Below, in pieces: positions 16,654 through 25,470 of a DNA stretch of 32,277 nucleotides. Each line of letters starts with the position of its first letter. Within the stretch, counting starts at the first letter, position 1. Source of the DNA: an uncultured Lachnospiraceae bacterium. GTDB taxonomy: Bacteria > Bacillota > Clostridia > Lachnospirales > Lachnospiraceae. Made by a program: the position numbers and the translations under genes. The notes under the pieces are model-generated. The model was not told the origin of the DNA. It searched no databases and was given only the letters and a program-made list of their open reading frames with translations. The stretch lies in the NCBI GenBank assembly GCA_947175775.1, contig CAMWNY010000001.1, positions 1-32,277 on the forward strand. The letters run 5' to 3'.

Positions 16654-18111
16654 ATGATCGGGATTAGAAAAACAAAAAAGTATATTTGCGCAGTAGTTCT
16701 GTTTTTTGCTGCAATTCTTATGACAGTACATGTGGATGTGCATGCAAATGAGAACAGGGCGCTTGATATGGAATTTGCAGTATACGCTTCAAGTCTGCTT
16801 TCGGACAAGACGACAATATCATATACTGCTTTGCTGCCGGAACTGCCCGCAAGCGATGACGGCATGCTTTATTTATTTGAGCTGCAGCCAAGCGAATATG
16901 CGGTGTCTCTGACAGCAGTGCCGGTTGCATCTGCCAAGGCATCCACAGCGCCTGCTTTTTCGGTTCCTTATACGGAGGCGAGGCTATATACAAAGCTTGG
17001 ACTTGCTGTAAAATCAGGCGGTCAGAATGTGCTGGTTGCACATCCGCAGTATATTGCAAATCCAGAGCTTTTAGCGAAGTATACAAAGCCAAGGACAGTA
17101 AGACCATTAAAATCTGAACAGGGAAAAGAATTCTGTAATTTGAATCTTTCCGGAAATATTAACGGCGTTATTGCCGGAAATTATACAACAGTCCAAGTGA
17201 TGAATACAGGTTCAGACCCGGTTGTTACGAATCCGTATGCGAGGGCGGAAATACTGTCTGCGGATGCGTATCCGGTAACTCCCAGGTACTATATGCTGAA
17301 TGCTTCCGAGCCTCAGGGAATTGCCGCAATTACGGCAGAGTTAAAGTTGTGCGCGCTGAGTGCAACGCTTGAGAATTTTATTATCGGAAACGAAGTGAAT
17401 ATGCGTACATGGAATTATATGATGTGGACGGATTGGGATACGTATGTCAGAGAGTATGCGCAGGCGTTTCGTGTTTCTTATAATGCGATTAAAAGCCAGA
17501 ATGCAAATGCGCACGTGTTTGTATGCATTGACCAAAACTGGGACAGAAACCGCCGTGCGGGACATAGAGAGTATTATGAATACATGGATGGAAAGGACTT
17601 TTTGGCAAAATTCAATGCAATGATTGCAAGCGAGGGAAATATCGACTGGGGTGTGGCGCAGCATCCTTATCCGGTGCCGCTTACATATGCGAAGTTTTGG
17701 GATATGTCGGAGTGCAGAAACGGTGCGTATATGATGGAGCAGATTACATCGGGAAAAATGCTGAGTTTTCAAAATCTGTCGCTTCTTACCGATTTTCTGA
17801 AAAAGCCGGAATTGCTTAGCCCCTTTGGCAATGTAAGGCATGTAATCCTGAGCGAAATCGGAATCGTGAATGCGCAGGGTGATGACATTCAGGCGGCGAC
17901 GATATGTGCCACGTATGCGGCAGCAAAGGCAAATCCTTATATTGAAGAGATTATTTACCTGCTTGCGCTCAGTGAGCCGGGCATTGATACAAGGCTTGGC
18001 GGACAGGCACAATCTGCATATGACAGTCTCGGCACCCCTGAAGAAACAGTATATGAGGCTTGGGCAAAGGCGGTAATCGGTATTAGTGACTGGTCCCAGG
18101 TTCTTTGGTAA
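16654..18111 (+). CDS. Secreted DUF5722-like protein with a putative glycoside hydrolase (clan GH-A-like) barrel
   Basis: Signal peptide ending VHA; IIGNEVN (acid/base-like), WGVAQHPYP and ILSEIG (nucleophile-like) motifs. Confidence 0.7.
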   Translation: MIGIRKTKKYICAVVLFFAAILMTVHVDVHANENRALDMEFAVYASSLLSDKTTISYTALLPELPASDDGMLYLFELQPSEYAVSLTAVPVASAKASTAPAFSVPYTEARLYTKLGLAVKSGGQNVLVAHPQYIANPELLAKYTKPRTVRPLKSEQGKEFCNLNLSGNINGVIAGNYTTVQVMNTGSDPVVTNPYARAEILSADAYPVTPRYYMLNASEPQGIAAITAELKLCALSATLENFIIGNEVNMRTWNYMMWTDWDTYVREYAQAFRVSYNAIKSQNANAHVFVCIDQNWDRNRRAGHREYYEYMDGKDFLAKFNAMIASEGNIDWGVAQHPYPVPLTYAKFWDMSECRNGAYMMEQITSGKMLSFQNLSLLTDFLKKPELLSPFGNVRHVILSEIGIVNAQGDDIQAATICATYAAAKANPYIEEIIYLLALSEPGIDTRLGGQAQSAYDSLGTPEETVYEAWAKAVIGISDWSQVLW

Positions 18112-18123
18112 ACCGCAGTAGGG

Positions 18124-18154
18124 AAAATCGTCGCAGTCAGGCGGCGATTTTTTT
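18124..18154 (+). terminator. Rho-independent terminator
   Basis: AAAATCGTCGC-agtcag-GCGGCGATTTT followed by a T-run. Confidence 0.75.
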
Positions 18155-18155
18155 C

Positions 18156-18184
18156 TTGCACGATATGCGGACAAAAGCTATACT
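18156..18184 (+). promoter_or_regulatory. Putative sigmaA promoter of the tetR-methyltransferase operon
   Basis: TTGCAC-17 nt-TATACT. Confidence 0.55.
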
Positions 18185-18204
18185 AAAGAGCGGAGGATTA
18201 CGGC

Positions 18205-18825
18205 ATGGGTAAAATAGATAAGAATAAACAATTAAAAAGAACCTCCCTTCTTGACACGGCGTTTGGATTGTTTACAAGCCGCGGGATTCATAATACATCA
18301 ATATCAGACATTGTGGAACGCGCAGGCGTGGCGAAGGGGACGTTTTATCTTTATTTTAAAGATAAATATGATATTAGAAATAAGCTGATTGCCCACAAGG
18401 CAAGCGAAGTGTTTCGGAAAGCGGACGCGGCTTTGCAGAAAGAAGATTTTTCGGCATTTGAAATCAACAGGGTGTATGAGGAAAAAGTTATTTTTCTTGC
18501 AGACAATATTATGAACCAGTTTGCAAAAGACACGACGCTGCTTCGCTTTATTTCCAAGAAGCTGGACTGGGGAATGTTTCGGCATGTTATGACAGGTACA
18601 GGAGATGACGGCGTGGACTGCTATGATATTTATGGTGCGGTTTTTCAGGAAGATGATGACAGATACGAAAATCCGGAAATTATGGTTTACATGATTATAG
18701 AACTCGTCAGTTCGGCATGTTATAATGCAATACTTGTAGGTCAGCCCGTTCCGATTGAGGAGTTAAAACCTTATATTTTTAGAACGGTGCGTCAGATTAT
18801 GCAGTCCCATTTGATAGAAAAATAA
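18205..18825 (+). CDS. TetR/AcrR family transcriptional regulator
   Basis: HTH region TSISDIVERAGVAKGTFYLYFKDKYDI. Confidence 0.93.
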   Translation: MGKIDKNKQLKRTSLLDTAFGLFTSRGIHNTSISDIVERAGVAKGTFYLYFKDKYDIRNKLIAHKASEVFRKADAALQKEDFSAFEINRVYEEKVIFLADNIMNQFAKDTTLLRFISKKLDWGMFRHVMTGTGDDGVDCYDIYGAVFQEDDDRYENPEIMVYMIIELVSSACYNAILVGQPVPIEELKPYIFRTVRQIMQSHLIEK

Positions 18826-18844
18826 CAGGATAAGGATTAAAAAA

Positions 18845-20677
18845 ATGAAGAACAATACACAACATAAGCTTACTTCATATTTAACAAAATACCGGTTAAT
18901 CACGGATGGCTCTTTTGGAACTTACTATGCGGACAAGTATCAGACAAATGAGATGCCCGAGCTTGCAAACAGCAGTCAGGATGAAACGGTTTGGGAGCGG
19001 GTTACTGCAATTCACAGGGAGTATATAGAAGCAGGGGCTGTATTGATTCGCACAAACACCTTTGCTTCCAACACAGTGCTTTTAGGTATGGATTGTGACG
19101 CAGTGCAGGAAAATATAAAACAGGCCGTACGTCTTGCAAAGTCGGCGGTGCAGAAGTGTAAGACCCAAGAGGAGCGCTTTATTGCAGGAGATATTGGACC
19201 GATACCGATTGATGCACAGTACCGGACGGAAGATGCAGAAAAAGAATATTACAGGATAGGAAGAACCTTTTTGGATTTGGGAATTGATATTATTAATTTT
19301 GAAACATTCCCGGATCTTGTGCAGATTATGCCGGCAATTAAATTGTTAAAAGCGGATGCGGCACGGGAAAACAGAGCGCTTTTTATTATGGTGCAGTTTA
19401 GTGTCAATCAATTTGGCTACAGCGCCGGCGGAGTGAGTGCAAAGCGGCTTCTTTTACAGGCGTCCCAGTGTTTGGAAATTGATGCGGCAGGCTTAAACTG
19501 CGGAGTCGGTCCCGGGCACATGGAGCAGATTATCAGTGCGGCTGACATGGGCGGATTTGGCAGCAAACATTTTATTGCGCTTCCCAATGCAGGTTATCCA
19601 AAGCGTGTGAGAAATAAAATCTGTTTTCATAATCATCCGGAATATTTTGCGGATAAAGAAATCAGGATTTCTGATTATTACGGCGTGGATATAGTCGGCG
19701 GCTGCTGCGGCACAACACCGGAGTATATCCGTATTTTATCCCAAAAGCTTGAACGGACGAAAAAGCCCCGTGTGAAAATCAATGCGGAAAAAGAGCAAAT
19801 AACGGTGCATGCCAAAGACCATGCATTTTTTAAAAACAGGACGCCAGGCAAGAAGCTGATTGCGGTGGAGCTTGCGCCGCCTGTAGGGGCAGATGATGAA
19901 AAAGTGATGGACGCGGCGCACTTCTTAAAAGAATTGGGCGTGGACGTATTAACGTTTCCGGATTCTCCTTCGGGACGTACAAGGGTAGACTCTGTGCTGA
20001 TGGCGCAGAAGGTGCATCGTGAGACAGGCATGTGCGTAATGCCGCACATCTGCTGCCGCGACAAAAACGCGATTGCCATGCGTTCCACTTTTTTGGGAGC
20101 GCATATTAATGATATTTATAATTTCCTTATTATAACAGGCGATCCGGTGCCGACGCTGGTTCGTCAGACGACAAAAGCAGTTTTTAATTTTGACGCGGTA
20201 GGTCTTATGAATATTGCGCGCGATATGAATGAGGAAAATTTTCAGGCAGCGCCGATTACCTACGGTGGAGCGATTAACCAGGGAAGGGTTAATCTTGATG
20301 CCGAGATTGCGCGCGTTCACAAAAAAATGATGGCGGGCGCATCGTTTTTTCTGACGCAGCCCGTTTTTGCGGATGAAGCAATAAACAGGGTACGGAAAAT
20401 AAAAGCGGAGACAGGGGCGCGTATTTTATGCGGAATTATGCCGTTAATCAATAAAAAAAATGCCCTTTTTATGAAGAACGAAATTGCTGGAATCGAAATA
20501 CCCGACGAAATCATAGACCGGTATCCTGAGCATTCCGGACGTCAGGAGGGGGAAGCGGTTGGAATTGAAATTGCCGCAGAGGTGATTGCAAAAACAGACG
20601 ATTTTGCGGACGGATATTATTTTGAGTTTCCGTTTAACCGTGTTTACATGCTCAAACAAATTTTGAGCAAACTATAA
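18845..20677 (+). CDS. yitJ: Bifunctional homocysteine S-methyltransferase / methylenetetrahydrofolate reductase (YitJ/SamT-like)
   Basis: DGSFGT, IHREYIEAGA..IRTNTF, GLNCG, PNAGYP and VGGCCGTTPEYI motifs, then an MTHFR domain (VELAPP, PHICCRDKN, ITGDP, FLTQPVF). Confidence 0.9.
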   Translation: MKNNTQHKLTSYLTKYRLITDGSFGTYYADKYQTNEMPELANSSQDETVWERVTAIHREYIEAGAVLIRTNTFASNTVLLGMDCDAVQENIKQAVRLAKSAVQKCKTQEERFIAGDIGPIPIDAQYRTEDAEKEYYRIGRTFLDLGIDIINFETFPDLVQIMPAIKLLKADAARENRALFIMVQFSVNQFGYSAGGVSAKRLLLQASQCLEIDAAGLNCGVGPGHMEQIISAADMGGFGSKHFIALPNAGYPKRVRNKICFHNHPEYFADKEIRISDYYGVDIVGGCCGTTPEYIRILSQKLERTKKPRVKINAEKEQITVHAKDHAFFKNRTPGKKLIAVELAPPVGADDEKVMDAAHFLKELGVDVLTFPDSPSGRTRVDSVLMAQKVHRETGMCVMPHICCRDKNAIAMRSTFLGAHINDIYNFLIITGDPVPTLVRQTTKAVFNFDAVGLMNIARDMNEENFQAAPITYGGAINQGRVNLDAEIARVHKKMMAGASFFLTQPVFADEAINRVRKIKAETGARILCGIMPLINKKNALFMKNEIAGIEIPDEIIDRYPEHSGRQEGEAVGIEIAAEVIAKTDDFADGYYFEFPFNRVYMLKQILSKL

Positions 20678-20701
20678 AGTAAATAGAAAAACAACCGATA
20701 A
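20675..20701 (+). promoter_or_regulatory. Sigma28 (FliA/SigD) promoter of the flgM operon
   Basis: TAAA-15 nt-ACCGATAA; the -35 overlaps the yitJ stop codon. Confidence 0.75.
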
Positions 20702-20799
20702 ATTAGATATAAAAGTAAAAATTATTTGCTTTCAAATAATCTGATACACTTTATGTACATCAAATATGATACGTTCAAATAAGAAAGGAGGAGTCTTAT

Positions 20800-21081
20800 A
20801 TGCGTATAGATGCATACAATCAAATACAGCAGATTTATGGAACAAAGAAGTTAAACAAGGCAGAGGGGAAGAAAACGACAAACACATCTTTCCGCGACCA
20901 GCTGATTTTGTCATCAACCGCAATGGACACCGCCATAGCAAAGCAGGCAGTAGCAAATGCGCCGGATGTAAGAGAGGACTTGGTGGGTTCTATAAAGCAG
21001 CAGATTGATAATGATACCTACGAGGTTGACGCTGATGATTTCGCAGGAAAACTGTTGGAAAAGTACAACGGTTTATTTTAA
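20800..21081 (+). CDS. flgM: Anti-sigma28 factor FlgM
   Basis: DQLILS...PDVREDLVGSIKQQIDNDTYEVDADDFAGKLL; first gene of the locus. Confidence 0.9.
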   Translation: MRIDAYNQIQQIYGTKKLNKAEGKKTTNTSFRDQLILSSTAMDTAIAKQAVANAPDVREDLVGSIKQQIDNDTYEVDADDFAGKLLEKYNGLF

Positions 21082-21100
21082 GGGAGGATTTAGATAATAG

Positions 21101-21619
21101 GTGGCTAGCTTATTAGAAAATTTAATTGAATTGCTCGACAAGGAAAATGAGGAGTATGAAAAACTCGTAGTCCTTGCCGAGGATAAAACTCCCACAATTG
21201 TAAAGGGAGATGTGGAAAGCCTGTCAAAAATCACGGAGGATGAACAGGAAATCGTAGGCAGAATCCAGGGGATGGAGAAGCAGAGGATAAAAGTTCTGGC
21301 TGATGTTGCCAACGTAGTAAACAGGGATGTTGAGACATTGAAACTAATAGACCTGATTCAGATGCTCGAAAAGATGCCCGATCAGCAGAAAAAGCTGCGG
21401 GATGTGCATGAACGTTTGAAACAGACCACGGAAAAGCTTAGGGAAATTAATGACAAAAACCAAATGCTTTTAGCAGATAAGCTTGATATGGTCGAATTCA
21501 ATCTGAACATGATAAGAGCGCTGAAGTCTGCGCCGCAAACAGCCAATTATACAAGAGACGCATACACGAACGGAGAAGTGCTTGGTATCTTTCATGGTGG
21601 TTTCGACGCAAAACAATAA
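21101..21619 (+). CDS. flgN: Flagellar export chaperone FlgN
   Basis: Helical protein between flgM and flgK ending in the FDAKQ motif. Confidence 0.88.
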   Translation: MASLLENLIELLDKENEEYEKLVVLAEDKTPTIVKGDVESLSKITEDEQEIVGRIQGMEKQRIKVLADVANVVNRDVETLKLIDLIQMLEKMPDQQKKLRDVHERLKQTTEKLREINDKNQMLLADKLDMVEFNLNMIRALKSAPQTANYTRDAYTNGEVLGIFHGGFDAKQ

Positions 21620-21643
21620 CGACGAAACACGAGGTGAGATGCC

Positions 21644-23443
21644 ATGTCTTTATTTGGAGCATTATATATAGGGGACAGCGGACTGCGGACTTCACAGAAT
21701 GCGTTGAACACAGTCGCACACAACCTTTCAAATCTAAACACACCCGGTTATGTCCGCCAGCAGGTGGCAAATACCGATACCACATACACAAATACGACCG
21801 GCAATAGAAAACTGCAGGTAGGCGACGGCGTTAAATACGCTGAGTGCCGTCACGTCAGGGATGCATTCCTTGACGCGACATACCGTGAGGAAAAAGGCCG
21901 GTACGATTATTATGAAAAATCATATGCAGCAATGACGGAAATCGAGGATATTTTGGGCGAGCTTGACGGAAAGGCGTTCAAGGGCTCTTTGGATGGGCTT
22001 TGGACGGCAATTGAGCAGCTTTCAACATCACCCAACGATAATACGTACATTTCGCTGTTCGTATCCAAAGCAGCAAGCTTTATGGAAAATGCAACGGCAG
22101 TATACAGCTCGTTTATAGAGCTGCAGGACAATTTGAACAGACAGGTTGTCAATGCCGTAAAAGAAATTAATTCTATTGGAAAGCAAATCCATGAGCTGAA
22201 CAGACAAATTACGAAAATTGAAGTCGCAGGCGTGGAAAAGGCAAATGATCTTCGCGATAAGCGGGATCTGCTGATTGACCAGTTAGCCGGCTATGGAAAT
22301 ATATCTTACGAGGAGCAGCCAAACGGCATGGTGACCGTTCGGTTTAACCACAATGATTTCATTACGCAGAACGGCGTGTTTGAAATGGGAATGCTTGTTG
22401 ATGAAGACACAGGTTATTCCACTCCTTACTGGACCCAGAATGTCAGATATAGTGTTGATGAAAAAGGAAACAGGATTCCGGATTATTCATCTGCAAAAGT
22501 ATTTGACCTGACAGAGGAAATTTCAACAAAGAGGGATACGGATGTTGGATCGCTGCGGGCGCTTCTTCTTGCAAGAGGCGATCATGCGGCAAATTATACG
22601 GACCTTCAAACAGGTGTCTGCAGTGAGCAGAAGCTGAAGGACTTAGGCATTAAAGAAGGTCAGTATAATGAAAATTATGGATTGAAATATTATAATGAAC
22701 ATATCGCGAATTCGCTTGTTATGAATATCCAGGCAGAATTTGACAATATTGTGCATTCCGTTGCGACCATTGTAAATCAGGTGCTTGCCGATGCGGCACA
22801 GTTGAATCCGCAGAGCGGTTATCTGCTGAATCCGGATGGTTCCCCCATGCAGCTTTTCTTAAAGAGCGAGACGCCTGCGTACGAGAAAGTTGTGCTTACA
22901 ACGGCGCAGGAGCAGGAGCTTCGGGAACAGGGAGCAAAGCTTGTACAGATTTATGATAAAGACGGGAAGCCGATTGCACATACATTTTGGAAATATAATG
23001 AAGAGGACGCGGACAGTCCTTACTCCCTTTACAGCTGCATGAATCTTAAAATTAATGAGAAGCTGGTTCAGATGCCTTCTCTGCTCGGATTTAAGAAGGA
23101 AGATGATTCCGTTGACTACAATATCGGAGCGGATCTGATTAAGGCTTTTCAGGAGAATACATTGTACTTAAATCCGAACGCCACAGCAAAAAGTACATTT
23201 GAAACCTGCTATGATGACCTTGTGGCACAGGTGTCAAATTCGGGTTATGTGTTCCATCAGCTTGCCGAATTTCAGCAGCTTGCAGTTGAGAATGCGGACA
23301 ATGAACGCCAGACGGTTATCGGCGTATCCTCAGACGAGGAACTGGAACATATGATTATGTATCAGAATGCTTATAATGCAGCAAGCAGATACATTACGGT
23401 AATCAACAGCATGCTTGATACGCTGCTGAGCGTAGGCGCATAG
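21644..23443 (+). CDS. flgK: Flagellar hook-associated protein FlgK (copy 1)
   Basis: ALNTVAHNLSNLNTPGYVRQ, ANDLRDKRDLLIDQL and GVSSDEE...YQNAYNAASR motifs. Confidence 0.93.
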   Translation: MSLFGALYIGDSGLRTSQNALNTVAHNLSNLNTPGYVRQQVANTDTTYTNTTGNRKLQVGDGVKYAECRHVRDAFLDATYREEKGRYDYYEKSYAAMTEIEDILGELDGKAFKGSLDGLWTAIEQLSTSPNDNTYISLFVSKAASFMENATAVYSSFIELQDNLNRQVVNAVKEINSIGKQIHELNRQITKIEVAGVEKANDLRDKRDLLIDQLAGYGNISYEEQPNGMVTVRFNHNDFITQNGVFEMGMLVDEDTGYSTPYWTQNVRYSVDEKGNRIPDYSSAKVFDLTEEISTKRDTDVGSLRALLLARGDHAANYTDLQTGVCSEQKLKDLGIKEGQYNENYGLKYYNEHIANSLVMNIQAEFDNIVHSVATIVNQVLADAAQLNPQSGYLLNPDGSPMQLFLKSETPAYEKVVLTTAQEQELREQGAKLVQIYDKDGKPIAHTFWKYNEEDADSPYSLYSCMNLKINEKLVQMPSLLGFKKEDDSVDYNIGADLIKAFQENTLYLNPNATAKSTFETCYDDLVAQVSNSGYVFHQLAEFQQLAVENADNERQTVIGVSSDEELEHMIMYQNAYNAASRYITVINSMLDTLLSVGA

Positions 23444-23474
23444 CATAAAAGTCAGGACGAAAGGGGAAATATAA

Positions 23475-25355
23475 ATGCCATCTACATTTTTAGGCTTAAA
23501 TACTTCATATACAGGCTTGGTAGCGTCAAACGCATCATTAAATACGACTGCCAACAATATTGCAAATATTCAGACAAAAGGATATTCCAGGCAGCAGGTC
23601 AATCAGACGGCAGCAGAGGCAATGCAGTTTTTTGCAACATACGGATGTGTAGGCGCTGGTGTTGATATTCTTGGCGCAGAGCGCGTACGTGATATTTTTT
23701 ATGACGAAAAATATTGGGCAAACAGCTCAAAACTCGGAGAAATGGATAAGAAGTGGTATTACTGTAATATTATACAGGAATACATGAAAGATCAGAAAGG
23801 GACGAACGAGGTAAAGGGTTTTACAAGCATTTTCAGTGAGTATCAGAACACACTGTCCACACTGGCAACTGCTACAGACCAAAAGAACCACGCGCTTAAT
23901 TTTATCGGCTCGGCAGGAAAGCTCTGCGAATATTTTCGGATTATGTATAATAATTTTCAAAAAATGCAGACCGATGTCAATGATGAAATCAAGATTAAGA
24001 CGGATAAGATTAACAGCCTTTCCCAGCAGATAGCGTCATTAAACAAACAGATTAATACAATTGAAGTCAACGGGCTTGCCGTAGCAAACGATCTTAGGGA
24101 TAAACGGGATTTGCTGATTGATGAACTTTCATCGGTGGTTGATGTTGAGTGTAAGGAAACGGAAATTCTTGATGCGCAAGGAAGATTTACAGGACTGCAT
24201 GACTACAGTGTGAAAATCTGCGGAGGGCAGTCGCTTGTATCAGGATATAATTACAGACAGCTTGAGTGTGTGCCCAGGGCAACATGGCAGAAGGTCAATC
24301 AAAATGATGTGGACGGATTGTATGATGTGCGTTGGACAGACACAAATGAAGATTTGGGCGTCTGTGCGAAGAATACAGGAGGAGAGCTTAAGGGGCTTTT
24401 CGAGATAAGGGACGGAAACAACTACGAAGCATTTACCGGAAAAGTAACGGCAGTCAACACACTGGATAAGAGTGTGACGGTCCGGGTAACGGATGAATAT
24501 TTAAAGAGTATGTCAAAATCTACGCTGCCGCTGACAGATGGCCGTATTATGCTTGGCGGGGAATATTACTACTATACTGATTATGATTTCAGAATAGACG
24601 ATGACGGAGAGTGTTATTATACGTTTAATTTATCGCAGGATAAGTCAAAAAATCCTGTGGCAATTACAAAGGATCTGATAAAACAGAGCGCGTCAGTGGG
24701 TCAAAAGGTAAATTATCAGGGTATTCCCTATTATATGGAGCAGATGAATGAGTGGGTGCGTGATTATGCGTACAACTTTAACAAGATTTATGATGTGGAA
24801 GGTGCGACAGACTGCAACGAGGAACTGACAAACGGCGGAATTTTCTACACTGGTACGGACGCCCATAAGGGAACACAGTATGCGTTGGATGTAAAAATCG
24901 GCGCTCAGGAATATAATTCCGCAGCACAGACCGGTTATTTCAACATTACTGCGGGAAACTTCAATGTGCTCAAAGAACTGGAAGACGACCCGAGCAAGAT
25001 GGGTACGCATACGGTTGAGACGGGCGGTGTGGCAAAATACGATATTATACACAATCTGCTTGACTTGGCATCGAATAAGGAGAAGATGACATTTAGAGGC
25101 TGCTCGGCAAAAGAGTATTTGGAATGTCTTTTGGGGGATTCAGGTTTGAACGCGGAAAGTGCGTTAAGCTTCCAAAATCTTTATGAGAATATTAAAGAGT
25201 CAATTGCAAACAACCGGTTCTCAATCAGCGGCGTTGATGAGGACGAAGAGGGTGCAAATATGATTAAATTCCAAAATGCGTATAATCTTGCAAGCAAGAT
25301 GATATCCGTATTAAACGAGTGTTATGACAAACTGATTAATGCAACCGGAGTATAA
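23475..25355 (+). CDS. flgK: Flagellar hook-associated protein FlgK (copy 2)
   Basis: SLNTTANNIANIQTKGYSRQ, ANDLRDKRDLLIDEL and SGVDEDEE...FQNAYNLASKMI motifs. Confidence 0.93.
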   Translation: MPSTFLGLNTSYTGLVASNASLNTTANNIANIQTKGYSRQQVNQTAAEAMQFFATYGCVGAGVDILGAERVRDIFYDEKYWANSSKLGEMDKKWYYCNIIQEYMKDQKGTNEVKGFTSIFSEYQNTLSTLATATDQKNHALNFIGSAGKLCEYFRIMYNNFQKMQTDVNDEIKIKTDKINSLSQQIASLNKQINTIEVNGLAVANDLRDKRDLLIDELSSVVDVECKETEILDAQGRFTGLHDYSVKICGGQSLVSGYNYRQLECVPRATWQKVNQNDVDGLYDVRWTDTNEDLGVCAKNTGGELKGLFEIRDGNNYEAFTGKVTAVNTLDKSVTVRVTDEYLKSMSKSTLPLTDGRIMLGGEYYYYTDYDFRIDDDGECYYTFNLSQDKSKNPVAITKDLIKQSASVGQKVNYQGIPYYMEQMNEWVRDYAYNFNKIYDVEGATDCNEELTNGGIFYTGTDAHKGTQYALDVKIGAQEYNSAAQTGYFNITAGNFNVLKELEDDPSKMGTHTVETGGVAKYDIIHNLLDLASNKEKMTFRGCSAKEYLECLLGDSGLNAESALSFQNLYENIKESIANNRFSISGVDEDEEGANMIKFQNAYNLASKMISVLNECYDKLINATGV

Positions 25356-25426
25356 TGTGTAAAATAAATTTTTCACAAACGAACTTGTTCGTTTTGCAAA
25401 TATTGTGCATAGGGCACAAATTCGCA
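25356..25426. repeat. Intergenic triple-hairpin cassette (REP-like)
   Basis: Three abutting inverted repeats: TGTGtAAAAT-aa-ATTTTtCACA, AAACGAAC-tt-GTTCGTTT and TGCaAATaTTGTGC-atagg-GCACAAATTcGCA. Confidence 0.7.
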
Positions 25427-25470
25427 GACTGAGAATGGGGCAAGGTTATTAAAATGGAGGGTAAACAGAT

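Noticed and set aside
17341-18174. 277-aa minus-strand ORF
   Set aside because: Antisense to the DUF5722-like gene, crosses its terminator and has atypical composition.
1129-20460. A8/T8 homopolymers (for example 1129-1136, 5523-5530, 20453-20460) as phase-variation sites
   Set aside because: Short A/T runs are expected from Lys codons at this composition, and all frames are intact.
20649-20669. TGCTCAAA-caaat-TTTGAGCA palindrome at the end of yitJ
   Set aside because: Lies within coding sequence with no U-tract. It could be an operator next to the flgM promoter, but there is no second instance to support it.
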